A stretch of 64,000 nucleotides of DNA, taken from Vicugna vicugna (taxonomy: Eukaryota). The translations under genes and the position numbers were made by a program. The notes beneath the pieces are model-generated. The model made no database searches, had not been told where the DNA came from, and saw only the letters and a list, made by a program, of their open reading frames with translations. Below, piece by piece: positions 1 through 12,533 of the stretch; the first letter of the stretch is position 1, and every line of letters begins with the position of its first letter. The stretch is taken from assembly GCA_013265495.1 (NCBI GenBank), contig MU057744.1, forward strand, positions 1,701,524 through 1,765,523, in the 5' to 3' direction.

Positions 1-419
1 GAAGTAATGGCAGCCCTGCATAGAGAGGGAGGAGCTGTGGTTAGGGTCATGTGTGTCTCAGCTTGGGTGTTGCTTTATAATAGCTGCAGAGCCTTGGAAT
101 AGACAAACCAGGGAGGAGGCTGAGGAGAGAACCTTGGGAAAGCTGGTATTTAGGACATGGGCAGGCAAGGAAGAGTCACAGGAGAGCCAGGGTGATACTT
201 AAATGGAGAACCGGGGACGTCAGCTGTGGGACCCAAAGGAGGATCAGGTTGTCGATGTGTTAAATGTATAAGGTGTTCAGAGAGACTTAGGATCAAAAGA
301 GGCCTTGTCATCGGCCTCTGGGTCTTCATTCTCTGATTTGTTAAATGAAACACTTCAACCAACTGATTCTTTGAACCTTTCTACTCTTTCTACAGAAACT
401 CTAGGGGTTTCAAATGAAG

Positions 420-655
420 GGACTGGGCTCTGGAACTAGACAGACTTGGGTTGGGTCATCACCTCTGCCTCTTACGGGTTGTGTGACTTGTGCAGGGGAC
501 TTAATTTCTTTAAACATTATTTTTCTCCTCTGTAAAATGCAGCTTAGATATTAGCTGCTGCTTCATGTGATTGTTGTGAAGATTCAATACAAAAATGCAC
601 GTAAAATACTGGATGCAATTAAGAGATCAACAAATTTATTATTGTTGTTTTATCA
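420..655 (+). mobile_element. MIR SINE, near full length, decayed
   Basis: gggctctggaactagacagacttgggtt...tgtgtgacttg...tttctcctctgtaaaatg...gttgtgaagattcaat follows the MIR consensus order. Confidence 0.8.
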
Positions 656-3600
656 TTGCTGTTTAGATAGAAGAGCAGCACTTAGTCAGATATGGATATG
701 TGGGTGGAAGTGTGGTGGAGTGTAGACTTGGGAGGCAGAGAGGCTGAACTATGTCAAAGAAATTCTCTGCTCTGTTGAACTAAGTGAGGTGGGGAGGGGC
801 TTCTTATGCTTGCTAAGTAAGCTCTAGGTGCCAGGAACGTATGAGCATGGTTTTTGAATAGTTGGATGTTTTCATTTTCAAGTGAGAATATTCGGCATCA
901 GATAGATCCCACATCTCCTCGACTGAACTCACTGGCACTGACTGCAGGTTTCCACCTCTCCTGGGCACTCTGTATGTTAAGTAGGTGTTTTATTAAACGT
1001 GGCACTTGAGAGCAGGTTTCCTGCTAATTCTTTAGGTAGCTGGTTATTACAGAGAAAACTAGGGGAAATTTCAAATACATTTTAATATTCTGGGTCTACT
1101 CTCCCATTGCATGCGTATTGAAGACTGCTCCATCCCCAATATAATTCTTGGTTTAATGTTGACAATTTCTGTGTCAAATTAGTCTCAAAATATATTCAGG
1201 TCAGCATACCGCTGCTCTTTCAGGTAGTCATGTCAGTAAGAACATACTGGTTCGTGCCCCTTGTATGGCGTGTTTGACAGGTGGAATTAGATTTAAATGG
1301 TTGTCAGGTCATGACTTGAGGGAGAACATGAGTTGGAAACAGGCAGCAGGAGCCTGAGGAACGCTACTGAAGAAAGAACAGTTGTCTGCATCTCTGTTAC
1401 ATTGTGAGATAGAGCAATCATTTGCATATAATGATAGAAATAGTTCCTTAAATTTTATATGTATAGAACACTTTATTCTTTCAAGACTTGTTAATATCAC
1501 TGTGTAGAAATGTCTTCATCTCCATCTGTTCTCACCCTAAGACATTTCAGAGCCGTACGGAGCAAGGGGAAGGCAAAGGAAGAACAGGACAGCCAGGAGG
1601 CAGCCTTTCTTTCATTGATATGAGTCTGTCCTGGAGAGAGACACATTATGATAACCTAAAAATACATTCATTTTTGAAAAAGGAGTAAAAATAATTTGAG
1701 TTTTGGACAGCGATTTGAAAGCTGCAGAAGTTCCAGGGAAATACATTAACATTTCTTCTGTCTCATAGCTCTTTGCTGTAATTATGATGTGACTGTCCTC
1801 AGTTACATTGTTACTGTAGTCCAATAACTAAAGTCAGATCAGATTGCTTGTAAGAAGTAGTGGAATTGATTAAGGACATGGCCAGAAGTGACAGTTACTC
1901 CTGAGTAATTTAGGAGCGTTTTGGTCATAAATGTTCCTAAATGGATTTGTCGTCTGCTCATGCCTCGTTCCACTGACAGTTTTTGAATATGCGTAATTAT
2001 AATTAGTGATTGAAAATGCAGTTCATTGATGGGTCCTGTAATTTAGGTACCAGTGGAGTGATGGAGTGATCTTTAACTTCCCCTTCCCACTTAGATGTGT
2101 ATGTGTAGGTGATTTCCAGTGCATTCTCGTGAGAGCATTAGTCAGACTCCCAGGATGAAGAGTGTATAGTGTCCCATTCAATTGGAGAGAGAGCCTACCA
2201 AAGTTAAACTCAATATATTCTTCCCCCACACATCCTGCTCATGTTGCTTTTATGGATTGAATTCTGACATGTTCGTGAAATAAAGCATTGCTGTTGTTTT
2301 ATTTTAAATTTCTTGAGATTTTTCCAGAAAGAGGTATGGCTCTAAAACTACCAGTATACAGCTTGTCTACACAACAGCAGAAGGAGTGAGAATGTGATCT
2401 GTAGAAGCTGCGAGCAGTCGGGTGAGAGAGAGAAGTGTGCTGAGCATTAACTGCAGGATTATGCTTTCTTAGTTCTTACTCACACTCTTCAGTAGTGGGA
2501 CAGAATAAATTAAGGAGAGACAGGTTCTGATAGTTGGCAGGAGGTTTGTCAGATGCAACACAGTTTTTAAATTATTGCTCTAAAGATGTGATTTCATTCT
2601 GGAGGCTTACAGTTTGATTACCAATTTTATTTCAGACGTGGAGTGTTTTATATTAGGAGTATTTTCTGTTCTAGCTTCTGTCTCTGGATTGCATCCTGTT
2701 ACTTTTGTCCATTTTAATGGGAATGTAATAAAATACCAACAAAGGCATTTCCTTCATGGGCACAGACTTACTAATGGATTAAGGATGCACTATCTGCATG
2801 AAGTTTGTTATACTTTTAAATTAATATGTTTTAAAAGGAAATATTTAAAAAATATTTATTACTATTTATTTATTAATTAAAATAAGGGGAATATTATTCA
2901 GAATTATTATTTGGGATCTCTGATTTGGAAACTGGTATTAAAGGAACATTTTTCGAAAAGCATTATTTGTCTGTTAAAATAGGTTTTACCACATAGCTCG
3001 TAAGTAATTTTATTCATTCAATAACAGTTTGTGGGATGAGTATCGTGTTCTGGGTGCTGGGGTTAAGGTAGTATCTGAAATGTTATGAAGTCTCTTTTCT
3101 CAAGAAATTTACTTCTACTGGGGATATGTGCCAATATAGACATAAATATGCTTGTTTATAAATGCACACGCAGACCGTGCATGCATAGGTCAAATACAGT
3201 AGGTGATGATGAGAGCTGTGGGGCAGTGCTGGGTTCCTGTGTGTTAGAGAGAGAGACACAGAGAGAGAGAGCACGGACGCTTGAGCGTGAGGGAGGCTGT
3301 CCTGTTTCCATCTTGTCTCGCTGTGTGCTTGCTCTGTCTTGTTACTTCCAAGAGCAGGACCATTAGATCATTGCTTCTAATGAAGTCTGGAAGTAACCGC
3401 TGCACTTGCGTTCCAGAATGTGACTCAGCAGGCAGAGCCATGCCATATGGAAGCATGACAGTGCTTTTGCCTTCATGCCCCTTTAATGAGCCTGAGTTGT
3501 AAATAATTGATAAGGCACGAGAGGGGTTGATACAATGAATTCAGTGTCTCAGTCTGGCTGAGAAGGTGGTGCATGGTGTATGTACGTCTGTGTGCGTGTC

Positions 3601-6214
3601 TGGATGACTGATATCCTTGCAGGGTTGGTATGCCCGCAGTCACTGTCTCGGAGCAAGCTTGTAAAACTCTCTGCTGTGCTCCAAAGTGGTCAGGTTATTT
3701 TACAAGAGCCGTTCTTCTCTCTCTCTCCCCCTCCAGGCCCTGTGTATACCTTTTTAGCCTGGGTCTTGGGACTAGGCTAGCTTTGCTGAACAGTTTTGCA
3801 AGAGTGGGTCTAGGAAGGAGAGCTGTTTTCTCCTCTTTGCCTCTTCTCCCTGGAGAGAGATTCAGTCTCACTCGCAAACTCAGCCTCCTTGCTGATTGCA
3901 GAGAGCACGGTGGCCTCGCTTCAGTCTGTCATGACTTAGCAGCCTGACTTGGTCTAGAGCTGCACACTGAAGAAATGGCTGGGCTAGTGTGTGCTGTTTT
4001 CAAAAATGTAGCTTTGAAGGCAAAGGATTAAAAATAGTCACAGAAATTGGAGCCACTGGATTTCAGTGAAAATGAAAGAAACAATTGAGGTGTTTCATGC
4101 ACTTTGAGTGAATTGAAAGAGACAGTAGGTTAAAAATCAGTGGTGAAGGGAAAAAAGAGAAATCTCTTGATTATTTTCTTGATGAAAGTGTAAGACCGTT
4201 TTCACTGGTCCACGTTTAGTTTATTAACTTTAGAAGTAAGCAGTATCTTTCAGGAAAAAAAGAAAAGCTTCCTCTTCTTTTTAATTTCCAGATGCCTTTG
4301 TGATTCTGTTATATTCTGTATGGAGCGGAAAGTAAAAGTAACAACGTGCTTTGTTGTTCTTCTTCTCTAGTCTGATTTATATGATTCTTTTAGTATGGAG
4401 TGTGAGGATTTGATTGTTTCAACCCATGATGGTTCATTTACATTTTACACAGACGTGCCATCTCAGGACATACCTGTTTCCCCTTGTTGCAGCAACTTAA
4501 GTAGAAATATCACAGACTCAGCCCTGAGTAAATAGGGGGTGCTTCTGTACGTGCTGTTCAGACATGTACTTCTGCATTTCTCTGTACTGTGAAGAAGTTC
4601 AGAGTACTATGTACTCTGAAGTACGAAGAAGTTCCTGGTGGCTTGCTTTAGCGCCTGCCTGTGGCCCAGCTGCTCAGCCAAACGCTCCCATTGGCACTTA
4701 ACGTAGGAGACTGGTGTCCAAGCAGAAATCTACTGCAGAAATATGTAAACTGAAGCACTTAAAATTTATCTCTGCAATAACCTTTTAATCCTGGGTCTAC
4801 TTTTCAATCGCTGTAACTCAGTTCCTTTCATGCTTATTGAGGGCTTGTGTGTCCTAGGCATTTTGGTGTGTGCTGACTATGAAAAAGTGAGTGAGAGCCA
4901 GCCTCTGTCTGTAAGGAGCTCAGTCTGTTAAGATCTCAACAGCACTATGTCCAGCAAGAAGTGAATGTTAATTTGGGAGAGGCCAGTCACAGTCTTTTTA
5001 AAAATTAGCTTGTAGAAAACATACCTTAACTATTCTGTCCTTTGAGGAAGATCAGGCAAGGAGGACACTTTGTTGACCTTAGATTTTGAGGTGATGCTTC
5101 TGTTAGCCTGTAAGTTAGTCAAACAAGCTTCTTGTCCCAATAATTGCTTTGAAACTGCCCTTCAGTATCAGCTCTGAATGGAAATTGTGTGTGAGTGATT
5201 TTCCTGTTTCTCAGAGGGTTCATGGGTGGATCCTCAATATCTGGGGGCTGGGCTTACTCAGTTAGGACATGTTGGTAGTAGAATGTCCCCAACTGCCCCA
5301 GACCAATGGTGTCACACACTGCCGTCCAGTATCCCTGCTGGCGGTGTGTTTATCTCCTCTGCGTAGTTTTCAGCCGGGACCGTGTTGTTCATTCCTGCAC
5401 CCCTTTTATAGTGACGTGTATGTGGGAATCTGCACCCAGATGCTCACTGTTTTGTCCTTGTGAAAGGAGTAAGTGGAGGGAAGAAAGTCATGCGCTTCCT
5501 TGTAGGTTGTTTAAGGAGAGCAGTGGGATGCCTGCATTGAGAACCATTCTGGTTAACTCAGCAGGGTTTGAGGGCCCCATTTGTGTTATTTTGGTGAACT
5601 CCTGAAAGGTTATTATCAGCTTGCAAGTCAAGAGGTGAAGAAAACTCAACTAAACCAGCATACCAACCTGAGTGCACAGAACACTGTTTTGAGGCCTGTG
5701 AGTCCCACGTCCTTGGCTGAGAGCCTGCTCTGCTGGAAGCACCTTGACCTCAAGTCTCTCTGCAGGGAAGAATCCCTTCTCTGATAACAGGAACCTCTGT
5801 CTTGAAGACGGTGGTTTAAAGAAAAACAAAACTGGCAGTGTGGTTTGGGGTATCTTTGACAATCTGATGTATGTAATAGATTCTTCATAGAAAACTCACT
5901 TACTTGCCAATATGCAAACTTCTGCCTGTGGGGTAATTTTTGTGAGGTTAATTTATGTTTTTCTCTCAGTATTTTTCCTGTTATTTCCCCCAGTTTAAGC
6001 AACTACCATTCCCTGTGCTTTTTTCTCCTCAGGGGAGGTGTGAAACTTGGCAGAAAGCTTAAGTTGTCTACAAGGCCCTTCCCTTCCAGACTTTTATTCT
6101 CTAAAGACTAAATCCAAGGAGGTGGTTATGCTTAGTATCTTGGACACCAGGGAGAGAGAGATTGCTTCTGACTGAAAAAGAAGATGAGAAGAGATTTTTA
6201 CCCCCAGACTTAAA

Positions 6215-6502
6215 AGACATTCATATGGAGCAAATGGATGCCCATAGGGGAAAAAAAGAACAAAAAGAGCAGAACAAAAGAACCGCAGCCTAAGCCTCAC
6301 ACTTTATGCAAACCCTAATCAGATGGGTCATGGACATAAATGTAAAACACAAAACTAGAGAGCGTTTAGAAAAACTCTTTGAGATCACAGAGTTTTAAAA
6401 CTTGACATGAAAAGCATGTCCATGAGAGGAAAACATTGGTAAACTGGATCTCATCAAAATGAGAAAGTTTTGTTCTGTAAAAGCCCCTGAAGAGGATGAA
6501 GT
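6215..6502 (+). mobile_element. Old L1 (L1M-type) ORF2 3' fragment
   Basis: cctcacactttatgcaaa...aaatgtaaaacacaaaacta...attggtaaactggatctcatcaaaatgagaaagttttgttctgtaaaag resembles late L1 ORF2. Confidence 0.7.
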
Positions 6503-6970
6503 GTGAGGCCCAGTGGAGAGGGAGGCAGTGTGTCCTCGGGAAGTAAGTGGTACGTGCACAAGCTTTGGTTTCCTTAAAGCAACCTTAAGGGGTTGGTACA
6601 GAGACCAGTTTGGATAAAGTATGTATGTTACTTAGCATCACGTCTGGCATATTAACAGCCTGTTGTAATGAGAGCTTTGGAATTTGGGTGTGTGTGATGC
6701 ACATCCAGAGAAGTTTCTCTTTGTGTGTGTGAGACTGTTCTGTTGATATTTATATTTTTCTGTCTCACCATTTAGCAGGTTGTTATATTAAAACATTAAA
6801 ATTAATGGGTTCTTACATTTCTTCTAAGTGTTTTAAATATCCAGAATAGAATTTAGAACTTCAAATAACCATATGCATGTGTTGAAATATAATATATTAA
6901 ACTACACCTGAACTCATAGCTGAGTGCTTCTGTGGACTGAAATTAGATGGGTAAGGTGAATGTGTTCACT

Positions 6971-7090
6971 GGAGGGAGGGGAGAGGGAGAAAACGAGGGG
7001 GAGGCGGGGAGGGAGAGGAGGGGGGAGAGAGAGAAGGCCGGGGGAGGGAGAGGGAATGAAAGGGATTAGAGGGAGTAAAAGAGGAGAGGA
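6971..7090 (+). repeat. Low-complexity polypurine (GGA/GGGA-rich) tract
   Basis: About 120 nt almost entirely G/A, with many GGG runs. Confidence 0.9.
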
Positions 7091-7299
7091 TGTGTTTAAA
7101 TCAAATGTGTATTCAGATCACTGTTGTTATTATTTTGCTGTTTCTAATTTCCAGCTATATTCCCTCCTACCAAAAAGTACAGCTTTTACTGTTTATCCAA
7201 AGACTTCCCATTTGTTCCTCTCTTTAATTGGCTGGAATAAATAAGAGTCCAAGAATGAAACATTGAAATTTGTTTTGTTTTGTTTTGTTTTTTTAACAG

Positions 7300-7374
7300 A
7301 ACTGTTCACTACGAAGGTGGTGCTGTATCTGTTCACGCACGTTCCCTGTGGAGGCTGGAGACACTGAGGGTTGC
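7300..7374 (+). CDS. RYR2: RYR2 exon 11 (75 nt, phase 2-2): (R)[24 protein letters not shown](A)
   Basis: Acceptor ttttaacag|A after a (GTTTT)n tract; donor GC|gtaagt. Translated by hand because it is not in the ORF track. Confidence 0.96.
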
Positions 7375-7963
7375 GTAAGTAGAGCTCGGTGCAGCGTATG
7401 CTCTGAGGGTGCAAAGTGCTTCTGCTGCTCTTGTGCTTTTGTGTGAAATGGCCACGCTGATGGCCAGCAGGCAAATGAAACTGGGAGACAGTGGAGTCTC
7501 CCCGCCTTTCACCGTCCTCTGGCCTTTGTTATCCTTCATGAGCCGACATTCTCTGGGCAGAGAGCAGTCATTTTATACCATTGCTTGGTCTTCAGCCTCA
7601 TTTATTTTCGTAATACCGTCTCATCCCAATCTGTGCATCTCTTGGCAGGACGGGCTTCTAGGACAGAGTGATGTGAGGTTTGGAGACAGGACAAACTGCA
7701 AGCCTGTCACACATTTCAGAATCTGACAGATTCTGGGTTTAACCTTCTAAAGGCACACGTAAGACAGAAAACTTGAACCTGAACGAGACACAAAAGTCAT
7801 AGCTGGCGATCACTATCTTTACGTACAAGTAGCTTAATAGCTGAGAAACCTGGATTGCAGACAAAGCACTGTGTGTTCATGATAGAAGAAATGACTTTTT
7901 TTCCTGATGGCTTCAAAAAGCTGTCCAGAGATTGACTTTTTTCCCCTAATATTTGAAGCCTCC

Positions 7964-8021
7964 TTTTTTTTTTTTCAACTGAAGTATAGTTGATTTACAA
8001 TGTTGTGTTAGTTTCTGGTGT
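7964..8021 (-). mobile_element. Very short 5'-truncated L1 3' end with poly(A) tail
   Basis: A T-run followed by gaagtatagttgatttacaatgttgtgttagtttctggtgt, the same terminus as the L1 at 21524. Confidence 0.7.
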
Positions 8022-11000
8022 TTTAGTTTCTTTAAATAAATGCATTACTGATGACAAAGATTATTTTGAACTATTTTTTTAAAAAAAATTTAAATTCCAG
8101 TCAAGTTTTTTTCTAAGTGATTGGGATATTCAGTCCCTTGCCTAAAAAATAGTAAGTTTCCTGAGTATTTATTCTCTGTTACATTATACTTCAAAAGTTA
8201 CTGATTTAGAGTTATAGATTTCATGGATGCGTGTAGAGAGCTATCTTATTATAGAAAAGCTACTTTTGCCAATTTGATACTTTGAGATTCATGTGAATCT
8301 AATGATCAAAATAGTTCAGTGGTCTTCAGTTGTTTTTGCTTACATATTTCATGCAGTAATTTCGTAAAACCGTGTGTCTCTTTGAACATTGTTAGCTGTG
8401 ACATAGAAATTTTTTCATTATGGTTTAAATATATGAATAGAATATAATTTATAGCGTACTATAGGTAGTGACATTTTAAAATGGTTATGCCACTCTTTGA
8501 GAAGCATCCCATTGACTCCCAGTTCGGCTGTGATCTAATGCCTGTCTTTGTTTGTTTAACCATACTTGAACATGGCCTTCTTTAACAGTGAAAACATATT
8601 TATTATTCATATTACTCACTGAAATCATATTTCTGTTACTCTCTCATGACAGAATTTTTCCCAACTGTATTTTTTATGATTGAAAGACTTTTCTGCTGTC
8701 TGCCATACTCCTATTCAACATAAATATGAATGTAAATTAAGTTTATTTTTTTATATTTACTACAATAGTAAGTCTGTAACTTTAAAAAGTGCTTCTATAT
8801 TAACCCCACTAATTATTAATTGCTAATATTGAATTTCTTCTACATAAATCCATAGTTGATCAAATCCACCTAAATATTAAGACTTTTGATAAACATTGAA
8901 CTTAAAAGTAAAATTTTATTGGAAGTGAATCTCTTAATGAGCTGGAAAAAAGAAGAGATGACTTATAAAGCACAAAGAAGAAAACTCATAGCTTTTCTGT
9001 TCTTTATAAATTATTCAGAGAATTTAGCGAAAAGAGTTTCAAATATATACATGTGTCTCCAAATTTTACCTTGTGTATTATAAAAATGACAGCTTAATTA
9101 GAGAAATGAAATGATCAAAAAAGTGAAATTTAGAATAGTTTTGTTGCCCTTTATAAAACAGATTCCAGATGTGTTTTCAAATGTATAGATTTACTTACCC
9201 TTCACAATTGTGTGCTTAAAGAAATGGAGTTGTTTTTTTTTTTTGAGCAACCAGACCCTAAATCTGTCTCAATTTATAGATTAAAAAAAATAATAATAAA
9301 GATCAGAGGTCCTGAAACCCTGCCGGGACTTCATTTTATTGTCAGCAGTGTTGTCGATGAACTGTAATTAGTCAACTCCGATTGTTCAGCTCATCTTTGA
9401 ATTTGGGTGGCTGACACAGGGCCTGGGCCTGGGCCTTCCTCAAATAGCAGAGACAGAAAGGGGCATCTTACCAGCGCCTGCGTGAAGCTGTGCTCATTGC
9501 CCCTCAGAATCCCGATGACAGCAAGGGGGACTTGGCAGCCCAGGCAGAGCAAGGAGCTTCCCAACCATTTAAAAAAATTAAAGAGAGGTGTTTTGATTCT
9601 ACTCTGTGACCCTTGATGTACATCCACAGGAGGAAAGCAGGAGGTTGGTGTATGATGGATGTAATGAAAGTTCTTTTAAAAAGAGTTTGTTGTGTCTTTG
9701 AGCTACTTTGGGTTCATTGTAAATGTAGAGATTAGATTGCGTTGTTTGCGCGTCGTCTTATATGCAGTGGCCACATAATTACTTGTTTTCCTTTATACTT
9801 AGGAAGTGATAGTCAAAGGTTCTGCTTGTGTTTATAACAGAACTTAATTTCCAAAGGCCTTTGTATTATAATCTTTGAAATACTGCATGCTTTTTGTTTT
9901 CTTCAACAAGGCCCCAGAACTATATATTTTTTATAATTTGTGTAGTCCAGTATTTATATATTTTATATTGCATACTTATACAAAAAACATTAATGTTATA
10001 TTAAAAGTTTTTCAATATCATGAAATTTTAATAAAATAAATTTTAATTTCAGGAGTTAAATGTAATAGGAAACACACTCCTGTATTGAACCCCAATTCAA
10101 AGTTGTAAGAACATTGTCAGTGGGATATATGTTAGTTTCTGTAATGAGAATGATCACTGAAATTAAAAATATGCATTATATATACTTAAAATTCCACTTT
10201 CTTCTGTGTTGCAAATAAAAAAGTCAACATATTATAAAGAGTGGCCAAACACTTCTCATTCCTTTGAGATGATTTCAAGTAATTATAGATAATGCATAGA
10301 GAACACTTTTTTATTATGTTAACATAGGAAATTGCTTTATGTAACTACTTTACTATTACTATTTCAGTTTTTACTAAAATAATATTTTCTCGCCCCTTGA
10401 TTCTCCTGGGCTTGTCCTCTTTTCTTTTGGGCTATGGGCATACGAGATGAGCTCATTTGAGTGCCCATGAGCTAAAGAAAATATGCTTAGACTTCACAAT
10501 GTTTTGCTGATAATTGGCCAAATTTATTGTTTCTAACAGAATTGCCTTAGTGACTTGAGAGGTATGCTAGTGTATATGAGCCCTGTTATTAAATAGATTT
10601 GCACATGGTATCCAGAATGCCCTAAAAAATTCTGGAAAAAGGTATGTACTTGGTCAAAATTTTGGACTGTTTTGAAAATGAAGTTGTTTTCTATGATGAT
10701 TAAGATGAGTCATTATTCGGTAAAATATTCTTCTTGAAATATTGGAAATGATATTAAAACTAATTGTGTTTTTCATAGTGTCTGCAAAGAATACACTTAA
10801 TTGGATAAGTGTATTAACAAAGGAATAAACAAAGCTTTTTGATTACCAGACTAGAAATGTTTTAACATGCTGTTGTTGGTAAAGAAACTTTAATTTCATT
10901 TCTAAGACACTACTGTATTTTTAACAGGGTTTGTTGGTACAAGAATATTAATTTAGCAGGGGGACTTGTCCAAAGTAATTGTCTTTAGAAACAAATCCAT

Positions 11001-12376
11001 ATAAGAATGAACTCATTAGAATATCATTCTACTGTTAATTTTCCTTGCTAATATCTTGAGTCAAAGATCTAGATTGGGAAAACAGCATAAAATTGACTTA
11101 TAGTTCACTGAGATTGGTGAATCTTATATAATCTTATCAACTTGTAGAATATGAATGTTTTTAATGATTCTATATTAAAACACTTATTAACTAATAAAAT
11201 CCTATTGAAATCCTCCATATCTTTACTTTTTATGTATTTGATTCATTACATAGTGGTAAAGGCTTCCACGGTAATTGTCTTTTTAAAAGTTATCCTTGTG
11301 TTTCTTTCTTTTGTTTCATTTTCTGTTTGCACTGACATGTGAAGCTTCATGACATAGTACATTCTCTTGAGAGTATATCTTTCATTACAAAATACCCAGT
11401 ATCCCCTTTATACTCTGCCTTGAATTCTGACTTGTCTAATATCAACTTGACCATCATTATTTTCTTTTGATACTATCTATGCATGGTAAACCATTTTTAG
11501 TTTTTAAAAACATACTTGATTTTTAGCATCACTGTTATCAGAACCTTGTTTCCGCTCTATACCGTAGTGAGTGCAAGAATCTGATGTGTGCAGCTTTCAG
11601 TTAACACAGTGCTGGCAAAGCAAGGACAGTCTAAATCTTAATTTTTCTTTTCTGCCCTATTTGAATGTCATTATTTTTAAAAGCAGATTTTAATGATCAC
11701 AGCTTTGCTTTTTATCTTTTTTCTGCATTCTTAGTTTATATTTTCTGTGTGCTGCATTTATTTTTTTCTTTCCCTTTTTTCCTCTTGAACTTACTAGAAT
11801 TTATTTTCTTGATTTGTTTTTTTTGTTCATTGATTTTTAATGATAGCTTTGTTCCACATTAAAACCTAAACAATAGGAAGAGATCTCCTTTTTAAGATAC
11901 TACATAATTCACTTTATATATATGAGTTCCAATTAACCATAATTAGGCACTATTTTTCAAGTCTATGCAAATCCAGCTCAAAACTGGTAAATTCTGAAAT
12001 CTCATTTAAAGTCATAATGTCTATAATTGTGACTCGTGATTAGAGGTTAACATAGAACACAAGTTCTTAGTCATCTTTGCATGGGGTAGTGTTTGGTGTG
12101 GATAGTATTACATTCAGTGTCAGAAGATCTGAGGTAAATTTCCCTTCTACTTACTTTTAGCTGCATGACATGGAATCTTACCTAGTTGTTCCAAATAACC
12201 ATTTTGTTGTTTGTGAAACAAAATTAGTATCACCAACTTCATAAGGTCTTTGAGAACATTAAATAAGACAGTATATGCAGAGCACCTTTGGTCACTGTCT
12301 GACATGCGCCGTTGTAATTGCTGTTTCTCCTGTGGTTGTGTTGGCCATTGGATCAAGTCTTACCTATTTTTCTTAG

Positions 12377-12533
12377 GTGGAGTGGGAGCCACATAAGATG
12401 GGGCCAGCCTTTCCGACTCCGCCACGTCACAACAGGGAAATACTTGAGTCTCCTGGAGGACAAAAGCCTTCTACTCATGGACAAGGAAAAAGCTGACGTC
12501 AAGTCGACAGCATTTACCTTCCGATCTTCCAAG
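12377..12533 (+). CDS. RYR2: RYR2 exon 12 (157 nt): WSGSHIRWGQPFRLRHVTTGKYLSLLEDKSLLLMDKEKADVKSTAFTFRSSK, MIR-domain region
   Basis: Acceptor tttcttag|G, donor AAG|gtaagt; lies inside ORF 12318..12551. Confidence 0.97.

Noticed and set aside
4028..4037. MEF2-like site TTAAAAATAG (also at 49764-49773) as a cardiac enhancer
   Set aside because: Such AT-rich 10-mers are expected by chance in 64 kb; there is no clustering or conservation evidence available from the sequence alone.
1..7299. An additional RYR2 exon upstream of exon 11
   Set aside because: I saw no segment translating to the expected preceding RYR2 peptide; exon 10 appears to lie before the window.
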